A stretch of DNA of 64,000 bases, taken from contig OZ220716.1 of NCBI GenBank assembly GCA_965116795.1, forward strand, positions 970,503 to 1,034,502. The letters run 5' to 3'. This document shows positions 51,515 through 61,356 of this stretch, one piece after another. The first letter of the stretch is position 1. Each line of letters starts with the position of its first letter. A program made the position numbers and the translations under genes. Under the pieces are notes generated by a model, which saw nothing but the letters and a program-made list of their open reading frames with translations, did no database searches and had not been told where the DNA came from. This DNA comes from Gammaproteobacteria bacterium (lineage in GTDB: Bacteria > Pseudomonadota > Gammaproteobacteria > JAJFKG01).

Positions 51515-52522
51515 ATGCCGGTTAATGTAACTGAATTTTTGATCCCACGTGAAATAGATGTGCAGATGGTTAATCCGTATCGTGCCAAGATTACCTTAGA
51601 GCCGTTAGAGCGTGGTTTTGGTCACACCTTGGGTAATGCATTGCGTCGTATTTTATTATCATCAATGCGCGGTGGTGCGATTACCAAAGTCAATATCGCT
51701 GGTGCATTACATGAATTCTGTACATTAGAAGGCGTGCGTGAAGATGTGATTGATATTTTGCTAAACCTAAAAGGGGTGGCGATTAGATTACATGATCGCA
51801 ATGAAGCAACGTTAACCTTAACTAAGCAAGGCGCTGGCGTAGTTACTGCGGCTGATATTCAATTAGATCATGGCGTCGAGATCACTAATCCAGACCACGT
51901 TATTGCTCATTTGGGAGATGGTGGTCAACTGGATATGACAATGAAAATAGAAGTGGGTTGTGGCTATGTGCCCGCAACATTACGTAAGCAACCTGTGTCG
52001 GAAGATGGGTTGATGATAGAAGACGAGCATACGATTGGTTGGTTGCAACTGGATGCATCGTTTAGTCCAGTGCGTCGCGTTAGCTATGTCGTTGAGAGTG
52101 CACGGGTAGAAAATCGTACTGACTTAGACAAATTAATTATTGATTTAGAAACCGACGGTACGCTCGAGCCTGAAGAAGCAATTCGTCGTTCTGCTACGAT
52201 TTTACAACAACAGTTATCGGTCTTTGTTGATTTAAGTGGCCAGTCTACGGAAAGTGCTGTGCATGAAGAGCAAAGCGTTGATCCAGTATTGTTACGTTCA
52301 GTAGATGATTTAGAATTAACAGTGCGTTCAGCCAATTGCTTAAAAGCAGAGAATATTCATTTCATTGGTGATTTAGTTCAGCATACTGAAAATGAGTTAC
52401 TGAAAACGCCCAATTTAGGTAAAAAATCGTTAACTGAAATTAAAGATGTGTTAGCGTCACATTCACTGATGTTGGGGATGAAATTAGAAAATTGGCCACC
52501 AGCTCACTTACAAAAAAATTAG
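51515..52522 (+). CDS. rpoA: RNA polymerase alpha subunit
   Basis: [27 protein letters not shown]. Confidence 0.99.
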   Translation: MPVNVTEFLIPREIDVQMVNPYRAKITLEPLERGFGHTLGNALRRILLSSMRGGAITKVNIAGALHEFCTLEGVREDVIDILLNLKGVAIRLHDRNEATLTLTKQGAGVVTAADIQLDHGVEITNPDHVIAHLGDGGQLDMTMKIEVGCGYVPATLRKQPVSEDGLMIEDEHTIGWLQLDASFSPVRRVSYVVESARVENRTDLDKLIIDLETDGTLEPEEAIRRSATILQQQLSVFVDLSGQSTESAVHEEQSVDPVLLRSVDDLELTVRSANCLKAENIHFIGDLVQHTENELLKTPNLGKKSLTEIKDVLASHSLMLGMKLENWPPAHLQKN

Positions 52523-52548
52523 TTATTAGCAATTAAAGGGTTAACATT

Positions 52549-52935
52549 ATGCGCCATCGCAATACCGGTCGCAAATTAAATCGAACATCGAGTCATCGCC
52601 AAGCCATGTTTCATAACATGGCAAAATCGTTGTTTAAGCATGAATTGATTAAAACAACATTGCCAAAAGCAAAGGATTTGCGTGCCGTTGCAGAACGGTT
52701 GATTACCTTAGCGAAGACTGATTCAGTCGCTAATCGTCGTCTAGCATTTGCTAGACTGCGTGACAAAGCGATTATCGGCAAGTTGTTTACTGATTTAGGC
52801 CCGCACTATTTGACGCGTCCTGGTGGTTATTTGCGAATTTTAAAGTGTGGCCATCGTCCTAATGACAGTACACCAATGGCGTATGTACAGTTAGTTGATC
52901 GCGAAACAGATCAAACTAGCGATAGTGCTGAATAA
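52549..52935 (+). CDS. rplQ: 50S ribosomal protein L17
   Basis: [20 protein letters not shown]. Confidence 0.99.
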   Translation: MRHRNTGRKLNRTSSHRQAMFHNMAKSLFKHELIKTTLPKAKDLRAVAERLITLAKTDSVANRRLAFARLRDKAIIGKLFTDLGPHYLTRPGGYLRILKCGHRPNDSTPMAYVQLVDRETDQTSDSAE

Positions 52936-53000
52936 GCCAATTTCAAGTATTTTTTATAACTACTCAGCCGATCTTACCTTACCAAAAATGTCAGCTTTGA

Positions 53001-53999
53001 GTGGAGGCAATAGTGGAAACGTTACAACAACGCTTTATTTGCCTACTACCGAAACGCTTAGGTGATTTGATTTTTTGCACCCCTGCTATTGCTTTATTAC
53101 ATGAATTAATGCCAGGTGTAACAATTGATGTGTTCTGTGGATCGGCGTTGGCAAAACAAGTCTTAGCTAGAAACTCAGCTATTAATAATATTTATATTGC
53201 TGCAAAGCCAAGTGCAGTAAAACGTTGGACACAGCGTTACGATAAGATATTTTGTTTGAATGATGAAAAATTCACTAGAAAGGTTGCCCACTATATAGGT
53301 GCACCTTGCTATATCGCGCATGCCACATCAACACGAAAACATCATAGTCAATTACCAACCAATGCGGTTGCTCAAGCGTTATTAGACCATACTAATGTGG
53401 TTGATAAGCGTTATTGCCTTTATCCAAATGATGATGATCATCAACATGTTGCTAATTTATTGCGACAACATCATATTGATGTTAATCGAAAGCCTACCCT
53501 GATTGGTTTTCAAATTGGATGTAGTAGAACATTAAAATATAGTAGTCGCTGGTGGGTATCGCGTTCTAAGCTTTTCCCGCGTAAATTTTGGGATATTCAG
53601 CGTTTTTACGCGCTTGCTCAAGCTATTCATGACATTGATGATTCGATTCGGATTATATTAACTGGCACTGAGAGTGAACGCAAAGTATTACAATCGATGT
53701 TAGCATTACCAAACGTAGTTGATTTGTTAGGCAAGACTACGGTATTAGAGACAACAGCATTAATGTCATATTTGTCGTTGTTTATTACTATTGATACTGG
53801 ACCACTGCATATTGCAGCAGCAACTGATGTGCCCCTTGTTGCTCTATTGGGGGCGACATCTCCTGGAGAAACTGGCCATTTTCCAATGCGTGACAATATT
53901 ACTGTATTTGATACAGACTCGATGGGTGACATTAGCGTTGAGGATGTTTTGCAAGCAGCCATGTCGTTATTGCAATTACCACTGTCACAAAGTGTGTAG
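53001..53999 (+). CDS. Glycosyltransferase family 9 (LPS heptosyltransferase-like)
   Basis: RLGDLIFCTP, DLLGKTT, IDTGPLHIAAA motifs. Confidence 0.92.
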   Translation: MEAIVETLQQRFICLLPKRLGDLIFCTPAIALLHELMPGVTIDVFCGSALAKQVLARNSAINNIYIAAKPSAVKRWTQRYDKIFCLNDEKFTRKVAHYIGAPCYIAHATSTRKHHSQLPTNAVAQALLDHTNVVDKRYCLYPNDDDHQHVANLLRQHHIDVNRKPTLIGFQIGCSRTLKYSSRWWVSRSKLFPRKFWDIQRFYALAQAIHDIDDSIRIILTGTESERKVLQSMLALPNVVDLLGKTTVLETTALMSYLSLFITIDTGPLHIAAATDVPLVALLGATSPGETGHFPMRDNITVFDTDSMGDISVEDVLQAAMSLLQLPLSQSV

Positions 54000-54012
54000 T
54001 GTTTTTAAACAT

Positions 54013-55206
54013 TTATAATGCTTTAGACAAGCGCCAATAGATTAGCAAACTGATCCCAGCAAAGAGTACCAATAGAGTACCCATTGGGATTTGGTTGTGT
54101 TCCGGCACAAATAACACCAAAACCAAACACAATGTAACGATAAGCAATCGTATTCCCCCTAATAAAGCAGCGGCCATGCCTGTGCCTACATTAAGACTGC
54201 TAAAGGTAATGCTGCTCGCCGCTGGCATGATCAACCCGATCCCTGCACTGTTAACGCTGGTTGGCAAAATTAACACCCATATATTGAGAATGTCGCACAA
54301 TCCAATTGCCAATAAGCTAACACTGCCCAGCAAACACGATAGTAATCCAGCAAATACCAATTTACTGGGTGTTTGTGATGTGCTGAAGTAATTTACTGAA
54401 AATGCACCCACTATAAATCCAATCGCATTGGCAATATAAACAAAGCCATTTTGTGCGGGGGATAAACCGAGAACTAATTGATATAAGAAGGGACTCATTA
54501 ATAAATAGGTTAAGCCAATTGCAAGACAAGTACCGGATAACAAGGTGCTGTGTAGGAAAGTGCGATTGCGAATAAGGCTACAATAAGCGGTTAGCATAGT
54601 GTTTAGGCTTAGTTGAGTTAAGCGTTTTTCTTTAGGTAATGTTTCTGGCAAACCGTATGCGAGTGATATTAACAATATCACTGCCCACATACTTAAAAAA
54701 ATAAATGTCCAACGCCAGCCCAATGTTTGTTGAATAACACCGCCTAACACGGGTGCCAGTGCCGGTGAAATGTTAATTGCCATCGATAAATAAGAGAATG
54801 ATTTTAATAATTTAATGCCACTGAATCGATCACGCAACACCACGCGTGCAGTGATGATTCCCGCACCGCTACCAAAGGCACCAACAAAACGCGCAATCAT
54901 TAAATGAGTGAGTGATGTTGCGCATGCAGCAAACACATTACCCATTAAACAAATGCTTGCGCCGATAAACACAATAGTTCGCCGCCCAAAGCGATCACTA
55001 AGTGGGCCATATACAAATTGTGATAAGCCAATACCTAATGAATATACCAGTACAATGGCTTGGATGTGATCTGCATCAGTGTTGAAGTGATACATGATAC
55101 TCGGCAATGCCGGATTAATTAAATCGATAGAAAAAAATGACAGTGTGATGAAAAAACATACGAGAAAAATAATGCGAGCATCGGATGTGGAGGTGTTAGT
55201 TGGCAT
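54013..55206 (-). CDS. MFS drug:H+ antiporter, Bcr/CflA-like
   Basis: Motif A GPLSDRFGRR, PALP, APVLGG..GWRW, LPET. Confidence 0.92.
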   Translation of the reverse strand: MPTNTSTSDARIIFLVCFFITLSFFSIDLINPALPSIMYHFNTDADHIQAIVLVYSLGIGLSQFVYGPLSDRFGRRTIVFIGASICLMGNVFAACATSLTHLMIARFVGAFGSGAGIITARVVLRDRFSGIKLLKSFSYLSMAINISPALAPVLGGVIQQTLGWRWTFIFLSMWAVILLISLAYGLPETLPKEKRLTQLSLNTMLTAYCSLIRNRTFLHSTLLSGTCLAIGLTYLLMSPFLYQLVLGLSPAQNGFVYIANAIGFIVGAFSVNYFSTSQTPSKLVFAGLLSCLLGSVSLLAIGLCDILNIWVLILPTSVNSAGIGLIMPAASSITFSSLNVGTGMAAALLGGIRLLIVTLCLVLVLFVPEHNQIPMGTLLVLFAGISLLIYWRLSKAL

Positions 55207-55330
55207 GGGTATTCTCAGTATATTGGTATCAGGGCGCTACATTGTTTTTATTAATCAGTAGGATATCGTAACATAGCTAACTTAATTAGTGTGATGCTCT
55301 GAGTTAGATATTGGTGTATTGATCGATTCT

Positions 55331-55339
55331 TGATATAAT
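55331..55339 (+). promoter_or_regulatory. rnpB extended -10 promoter
   Basis: TGaTATAAT about 6 nt upstream of the rnpB 5' end. Confidence 0.7.
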
Positions 55340-55344
55340 TTGCG

Positions 55345-55840
55345 CCAGCTAGCCAGACAGTCGCTGTGTAATATTTTTTACATGGAGGAAAGTCCGGGCT
55401 CCATAGGACAACGTGCCAGGTAACGCCTGGGCGATGTGTGATAAGCGCATTGACGGAAAGTGCCACAGAAAAGATACCGCCAGTTTAGAGCACGCCGTCA
55501 AGTTAAGATTTTTGCTGTAAAGACAAGGCAAAAATACCGAGGAAAGCGGAGTTTATTTATTATAAATGAGCATTTTCGAGGTGTTTTTAACGCTGTATTT
55601 ACACAAAAAGATAATTTGACGGCGTGCTCTAGTGGTAAGGGTGAAAAGGTGCGGCAAGAGCGCACCGCGCTGTTGGTAACAACAGTGGCAGGGTAAACCC
55701 CACGGGGAGCAAGACCAAATAGGAACTCGTTGTAAAGTGGTCCGCTTAAGAGTTCGGGTAGGTTGCTTGAGGTGTATGGTGACATACATCCTAGATAAAT
55801 GACTGTCCACGACAGAACCCGGCTTATCGGCTAGCTATCC
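55345..55840 (+). ncRNA. rnpB: RNase P RNA (type A) with a large P12 insertion
   Basis: GAGGAAAGTCCGGGC, GGAAAGTGCCACAGAAA, GGTAAACCCC, ACAGAACCCGGCTTA; P1 AGCTAGCC/GGCTAGCT. Confidence 0.97.
55486..55631. mobile_element. 146-bp RPE/ERIC-like MITE inside rnpB P12
   Basis: Perfect 16-bp TIR TAGAGCACGCCGTCAA / TTGACGGCGTGCTCTA, TA at both ends, core shared with the ITS element. Confidence 0.85.
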
Positions 55841-56301
55841 TCTAATTTGTGCCCGGCTTCGCTTACAGCTACGCCGAGGCAAGCCCGATAAGAAACTATA
55901 GTCGATAGTATGCAAACACATAACACATTACCGTCTTTCTGAATCAACAGATAGCACTATTATAACCAATCATTTTTCATTAATTGTATTAACCAATTGT
56001 TCAAATAGTTAATAAAAATGTGTTATTGATCGCATGACAGTGATGTATGGTATAAATAGTTAATCATATGTTGTGCCCGTCAGGTAATGTTAATACAGAA
56101 TAGATAAAAATTTGTCAGCTTACGTTTTATATTTTCTAAGGGTATCATTTTATTTAATATTATTTAGGATTAGAGATAATTAAATAAATATGTTAGCATC
56201 GCGAAAAGTTGGTGTTTAATAAATATAACATTATTATTAACATTTTTAACGCCAATAAAAATTAATAACTAAACAAGATAATAAATATAGGAGCAAGGGT
56301 T

Positions 56302-58320
56302 ATGGATCCTGGTAATAGAGAAGGTGGTACAAAACAAGGTTTAACAAAACGTCGAACTACTGATGGGCAGTCTTCTAGACCGTTTACACAAGGTAGTGTT
56401 AATCCTAGCCAAAGACAACTTACTTTTACTGGCCCCATTATTGCTTCTTCATCATCTTCGTCCTCGTCAGCGAGTTCTACAGCTATTAGTCTACTTTTAA
56501 ATAAGCCCAATGAACCCCGGCATCAAGATAGTAGTGTTGTCTTGCATGAAGAATCCAATCAACTAGTTCTAGATAAACCAATTCAAGAAATACTACTTAA
56601 AACTATAAATGAATTACGCGATGACATTACTAGTATGAAGCTTGAGCCACTCCAGGAAAGCGAACTGTTAAGAGTGGTAAATGATACTGCGGCCAAAGTG
56701 CGTAACACTACTAAGAAGACAGCAGAATTTAGTGAACAAGCATCACCTAGTACTCAAACTGAAGACAGTAATCAGTTGTCTAGTAAGACAGGGGGGCTAG
56801 TAGAAGTACGTGCAATGATTGAAGGATTAAATGAGCTTCTACGCAAATTCAAAACTTATACTACTCACTCCACTTCTCAATATTTCTTATCTTATATTTT
56901 CGGAGCAGGCCAACAAAATCAAGTATTCCAAGCAAAGCTGAAAGCTTATCTTAACTCATTACATATTATTATCCATGCAGGCTCCGAGCAAAAACAGGCA
57001 TTAGACTTTGAGAGAAAACAGTTACTAGATCAGTCGACGAATTCTTCGTACGATGTTGAACGGTACGAGCAACAAAGTCAGCTCTTAATAGCAAAAGACC
57101 AGCTAATATTAGAGCAAGCACAACAAATAACAGAATTACAAAGAAAACTTACAGAATCAAACAGGGAAAATGAACATTTAAGATTACAACAGGGCAAGAA
57201 GTCAGAAATTATTTTCGCTGATGTACGAAAAAATCCATATACAACTATTGAGTTTCCGACTGCGCTTATCCCCGAATCTAAACTGTATATACTCTATAAT
57301 GGCTCTTATTCAAAAGAGAGTATTAATTCATGGTTAAGTTATTTTTTATCTCCTGAGAAATATTTACTGTTTCAAGCAAGCATGGCATATCGCTCAGAAT
57401 TGGCTACGATGATGTCCGCAAGTAATGTAGATAAAAGTAATCCGGTCAATGGCTCTGAAGCTAAAAAAGCCTGGGTAGCTAGAGCTGAGTTACATAACTT
57501 ACTGGCTTTTTCACTGAATTGTTTACTCTTTGATGATACGGTTGGTGAGATCATTGAACGTGCTAAAGGCCACCCATACACTCGGCAAGCATACGAACTG
57601 TATAAGGGAAATGAGAGTTATAATTATAATGGCGAAGATGAGAGTAAGAAGGGAGCTGTTGCTTATCAATATTGTCAGCAGGATGAGCAGCAAGGCAAAG
57701 TACATCACCTTAGATTCGCTCAGTTAAATGAGATGTCTGATGGTTTAGTACCTTTTAGTCCTGGTCAAGATGAAGATGCTGCGACATCAGGTTTTCCAGG
57801 TGAGGAATTTCTTACTAAGAAGGTATTCGAAGTGTTACCGGAGCAGTGCGAGCAGCAGTTTGAAACCTTACACGATGGCTGTAGTGAAGAAAATAAGCAA
57901 TTTTTAAAAAGATTATTTGCAGGACAGGATGTTGAATCAGTGACTCATTTTGTGCGCTATCGACAAGAGACTTTGTCACAGCAGGTAGCTCACTCTGGTG
58001 GTTTTAAAACTGTTTCAGAAGTTTATCAAGAAGTGTATCAACAACGTTTTGCTTGGCAGAGATCGTCCGGTTTAGAAAAGATATTATCACGTAATGGTTT
58101 TTCTCACTTTATTGCTCAGCAATCAGATGGAAGAGTGTTTAAAAAACTTGAGTTGGATACTCGAGTTTGCCAAGATAATTTTGAAACAACGTATTTGATG
58201 TGGGTTGATGGTTTTAACCCAAAGCCACAAATAGAGAAGACAAAGCTAGAGATGAAAGAGGAAGAGGTATCTTCCAGTGAGGACAAGAGTATGAGTAGTG
58301 TATCTCTAGGTCATGGGTAA
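56302..58320 (+). CDS. Orphan coiled-coil protein, putative secreted effector
   Basis: 672 aa, Ser-rich disordered N-terminus, heptad region (QQITELQRKLTESNRENEHLRL), Glu-rich C-terminus (EMKEEEVSSSED), AT-rich upstream region. Confidence 0.7.
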   Translation: MDPGNREGGTKQGLTKRRTTDGQSSRPFTQGSVNPSQRQLTFTGPIIASSSSSSSSASSTAISLLLNKPNEPRHQDSSVVLHEESNQLVLDKPIQEILLKTINELRDDITSMKLEPLQESELLRVVNDTAAKVRNTTKKTAEFSEQASPSTQTEDSNQLSSKTGGLVEVRAMIEGLNELLRKFKTYTTHSTSQYFLSYIFGAGQQNQVFQAKLKAYLNSLHIIIHAGSEQKQALDFERKQLLDQSTNSSYDVERYEQQSQLLIAKDQLILEQAQQITELQRKLTESNRENEHLRLQQGKKSEIIFADVRKNPYTTIEFPTALIPESKLYILYNGSYSKESINSWLSYFLSPEKYLLFQASMAYRSELATMMSASNVDKSNPVNGSEAKKAWVARAELHNLLAFSLNCLLFDDTVGEIIERAKGHPYTRQAYELYKGNESYNYNGEDESKKGAVAYQYCQQDEQQGKVHHLRFAQLNEMSDGLVPFSPGQDEDAATSGFPGEEFLTKKVFEVLPEQCEQQFETLHDGCSEENKQFLKRLFAGQDVESVTHFVRYRQETLSQQVAHSGGFKTVSEVYQEVYQQRFAWQRSSGLEKILSRNGFSHFIAQQSDGRVFKKLELDTRVCQDNFETTYLMWVDGFNPKPQIEKTKLEMKEEEVSSSEDKSMSSVSLGHG

Positions 58321-58380
58321 GATGATAGAAATAGTGAGTTGTATCTACAACTATAATAGAACATAAGCTATTATTTCCTG

Positions 58381-58448
58381 CCGTCATTCTGGAAAGCATG
58401 TGGAACATGCGAGCTTGTCCTTGAGTAGTCAAGGATCCAGAATCCAGT
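58381..58448. repeat. REP/RPE-like palindrome
   Basis: CGTCATTCTGGA...TCCAGAATCCAG enclosing hairpins GCATGT/ACATGC and TCCTTGA/TCAAGGA. Confidence 0.5.
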
Positions 58449-58546
58449 CTTTAAGAATGTAAAAAAGCAGAAGAAAAGTAGATATACCACATCATAGCTG
58501 ATGCTGTGTCGCTAGTATGATGAAAAGCCTTTAATTTTTTGGGTGC

Positions 58547-58576
58547 AAAAAAAGGGGATCATCTGATCCCCTTTTT
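58547..58576. terminator. Bidirectional intrinsic terminator
   Basis: AAAAAAAGGGGATCA-tc-TGATCCCCTTTTT between convergent genes. Confidence 0.85.
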
Positions 58577-58602
58577 AATATTAAGTAAATATAACTATAC
58601 AA

Positions 58603-59271
58603 TTAGAATGTATATTTAAGACCACCAGACACTAACAAACGTGTATGGTAAGCAAAATCATTACGGTTACTTAATGGTGTCATTGCATTTACTTGACTGT
58701 TAATAGCAATGTGGTTAGTAAGATTATATTCAACACCACCACCGTATGCTGCAGCAAACGCAGAGTGAGTTTCAGTATCTTTTTTACCGGTAAAATTAGA
58801 TTTCCCTCTCAGGGTTTCTGTCATAATACCAGGTCCTGCTTTTACGAAAACACCTAATATGCCAGCTTTAGTAGAGCGACCACTATTAACTAAACGTACT
58901 GGTAAGGTAAGACGGCCGGCTAAGTCAAATCCCCAGTTGTTTCGAGATCTAATCTTAGCGGACTTAACACCAGCAACTTTATAATTGAGTTTATCGCGGC
59001 TAAATAATGTTGCTCCTAGTTCTGCAGCAAGATATTGGTTGAATGCATAACCTAGATTAACATTCATACCAAAACCAGATTGTTTATCGTTTGAATCAGA
59101 TCCCTTAGCATGTGTAACTTTCTTTCCTATCTTTTCTGCCCCATTTGCATTGCTAGCACTGTAACTATACCCTGGGTTAAGTTCGATATAAGAATTAGCA
59201 TGAGCGGTACTCATACCAGTGATTAATCCGAGTAAGGTAAACGGAATAAGAAAACGACTGCATTTGTACAT
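58603..59271 (-). CDS. Outer-membrane beta-barrel protein (OmpA-like transmembrane domain)
   Basis: ATG 59271 after GGAGGA; signal peptide ending TAHA; LGYAFNQYLAAELG; C-terminal GLKYTF beta-signal. Confidence 0.88.
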   Translation of the reverse strand: MYKCSRFLIPFTLLGLITGMSTAHANSYIELNPGYSYSASNANGAEKIGKKVTHAKGSDSNDKQSGFGMNVNLGYAFNQYLAAELGATLFSRDKLNYKVAGVKSAKIRSRNNWGFDLAGRLTLPVRLVNSGRSTKAGILGVFVKAGPGIMTETLRGKSNFTGKKDTETHSAFAAAYGGGVEYNLTNHIAINSQVNAMTPLSNRNDFAYHTRLLVSGGLKYTF

Positions 59272-59526
59272 AAATCCTCCTATTTTTGTATATGTGCAAA
59301 TAATTAGACTGCGCAACCATACAACGAAGGGAGTTGGGTTGTCTAATGTAATGCTTGACATATCAGCCTCGATTTTTTTAAGAAGAATAATTTTTTATCC
59401 TACACTATCAAATAGATAAATGATTATGATTATTGACGTGTTATTCTCATAATATTTTGTCCTCGAAATGTCCAAGCATTATTAATCACACTGGTTAAAT
59501 CCACTGTGTTTTTCCCATTAATCCCC

Positions 59527-59590
59527 TTGCAAAACCTTATTTTCCTGCCTATAGTGTCTCCAAGTGGAACAAAGTGGGAAAGAGTGGGAC
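59527..59590 (+). promoter_or_regulatory. dcw promoter with MraZ boxes
   Basis: TTGCAA-17 bp-TATAGT, then GTGG(G) direct repeats with 10-bp period at 59564, 59574, 59584. Confidence 0.85.
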
Positions 59591-59609
59591 TCTTTGATAA
59601 AAAAATAAT

Positions 59610-60068
59610 ATGTTTCGTGGGATCTCTGCTTTAAATTTAGACGCTAAAGGACGCTTGGCGATGCCAACGCGTTACCGTGATCAATTACCTGATGGTCAGT
59701 TGGTTGTTACCATTGATACTGACGAAACCTGTCTATTGATCTATCCCGTCCAAGTATGGGACACGATCGAACACAAGATTGAAGCCTTACCCAGTCTTGA
59801 CCCACGCAGTCGTCGCTTGCAACGTTTATTAATCGGTCATGCTACAGATGTTGAGTTAGATGGCAATGGTCGGATTTTATTACCGGGTTTATTACGCGAA
59901 TACATGTTACTCAATGATAGTCACAAAGCCGTGACATTAGTTGGGCAAGGTAGCAAGTTTGAATTATGGGATGCGCAGCACTGGCAGGGTAGACGTGAAG
60001 CGTGGTTGCATGCAGATGGTACTGACACAACACCGTTATCTGATTTACTACAGCAATTGTCGTTGTAG
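59610..60068 (+). CDS. mraZ: Division/cell-wall cluster repressor MraZ
   Basis: MFRG..LDAKGRL, LDGNGRILLP. Confidence 0.98.
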   Translation: MFRGISALNLDAKGRLAMPTRYRDQLPDGQLVVTIDTDETCLLIYPVQVWDTIEHKIEALPSLDPRSRRLQRLLIGHATDVELDGNGRILLPGLLREYMLLNDSHKAVTLVGQGSKFELWDAQHWQGRREAWLHADGTDTTPLSDLLQQLSL

Positions 60069-61024
60069 TGGTCAGGGTGAATAACGGTGTACCAGTAACA
60101 GTGCCATCTGTGCACCAAAGTGTGTTGCTTACCGAAGCAATCACAGCATTAGCTATTAAAGCAAACGGTTATTATGTTGACGCGACGTTTGGGCGTGGTG
60201 GTCATAGTCATGCGATATTGTCGTTACTTAACAGCAATGGACGTTTGTTAATAATCGATAAAGATGCATCAGCTATCGCACATGCCAAACAGTGTTTTGC
60301 TGAGGATAAACGCGTCGTCATTCGACAGGGATCATTTGCTCAATTACACGACTGGGTAAGTGAAATCGGATCGGGTGTTGACGGTGTGTTATTTGATTTA
60401 GGGGTGTCGTCTCCGCAATTAGATGAAGCGACACGAGGATTTAGTTTTCAAAAAGATGGGGCGTTGGATATGCGCATGGACCATCATCATGGACAAACGG
60501 CTGCACAGTGGTTAGCAGTTGCATCAGCTGATGAAATTGCAGATGTGTTAATCCGTTATGGTGAAGAGCGCTATGCAAAACGCATTGCTAATGCGATTGT
60601 TAATATGCGCGTGCAAATACCAGTTACTCGCACCACACAATTAGCTGAAATCATTAGCAAGGCTAGTCCGCGTCGTGAACGGCATAAACATCCGGCAACC
60701 CGTAGTTTTCAAGCAATTCGTATTCACATTAATAATGAATTAACTGAATTGGAAGTGGGGTTAGCACACGCTGTTAACGTACTAAATAAAGGCGGGCGCT
60801 TAGCCGTTATTAGTTTTCATTCGTTGGAAGATAGGATCACGAAACAATTTATTAAACAACGCACAACGCCAAAGCCAATCCCACGTGGCTTGCCAATACG
60901 TGGTGTTGATGATAGTCATATTATTTTGTGGCGTTGTGGCAAAGCAATTAAACCCAGTAGCGCTGAAGTGGCAATTAATCCACGTGCACGCAGTGCTATT
61001 TTACGTGTGGCGGAGAAAATATAA
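60068..61024 (+). CDS. rsmH: 16S rRNA m4C1402 methyltransferase
   Basis: DATFGRGGHS, DLGVSSPQLD, HPATRSFQAIRI, ISFHSLED. Confidence 0.98.
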   Translation: MVRVNNGVPVTVPSVHQSVLLTEAITALAIKANGYYVDATFGRGGHSHAILSLLNSNGRLLIIDKDASAIAHAKQCFAEDKRVVIRQGSFAQLHDWVSEIGSGVDGVLFDLGVSSPQLDEATRGFSFQKDGALDMRMDHHHGQTAAQWLAVASADEIADVLIRYGEERYAKRIANAIVNMRVQIPVTRTTQLAEIISKASPRRERHKHPATRSFQAIRIHINNELTELEVGLAHAVNVLNKGGRLAVISFHSLEDRITKQFIKQRTTPKPIPRGLPIRGVDDSHIILWRCGKAIKPSSAEVAINPRARSAILRVAEKI

Positions 61025-61356
61025 TGAATTCAACAGCACGTGCATTAGCACAAGCCAGCTTTTCAATGGAAGGTGCATTACCGTTTTTAACTTCACGTCG
61101 GTTTTGGTTAATCAGTTTATTAGCCATCATCGTATTATTTTCTGGATTGGCTTTAGTGTATACCAAAGATGCCAACCGACGTGCGTTTATTCAGCAGCAA
61201 CAGTTAGAACGTGATCGTGATAATTTACACATTGAATGGGGACAATTGCTATTAGAAGAAAGTAGTTGGTCAACAGCGCGTATTCAACGGATAGCCCAAG
61301 ATACACTCGCTATGCAAGTACCTGCAACACAGCAAGTGATCGTGGTGCATCCGTGA
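61024..61356 (+). CDS. ftsL: Cell division protein FtsL
   Basis: TM helix plus coiled coil, EWGQLLLE; position between rsmH and ftsI. Confidence 0.93.
   Translation: MNSTARALAQASFSMEGALPFLTSRRFWLISLLAIIVLFSGLALVYTKDANRRAFIQQQQLERDRDNLHIEWGQLLLEESSWSTARIQRIAQDTLAMQVPATQQVIVVHP

Noticed and set aside
22108-54391. Numerous antisense and alternate-frame ORFs inside housekeeping genes (e.g. 28403-29128)
   Set aside because: Expected from codon bias of the sense gene; no independent signals
55251-55810. Five short ORFs around rnpB
   Set aside because: They overlap the RNase P RNA and have no RBS or family support
55853-55887. Small GC-rich segment after rnpB (CTTCGCTTACAGCTACGCCGAGGCAAG)
   Set aside because: Could be a REP-like remnant or terminator, but it is single-copy here and pairs poorly
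56140-56260. PmrA/CpxR effector-regulon boxes upstream of the 672-aa ORF
   Set aside because: TTAA words are present but the spacing does not fit the tandem motif and the region is very AT-rich
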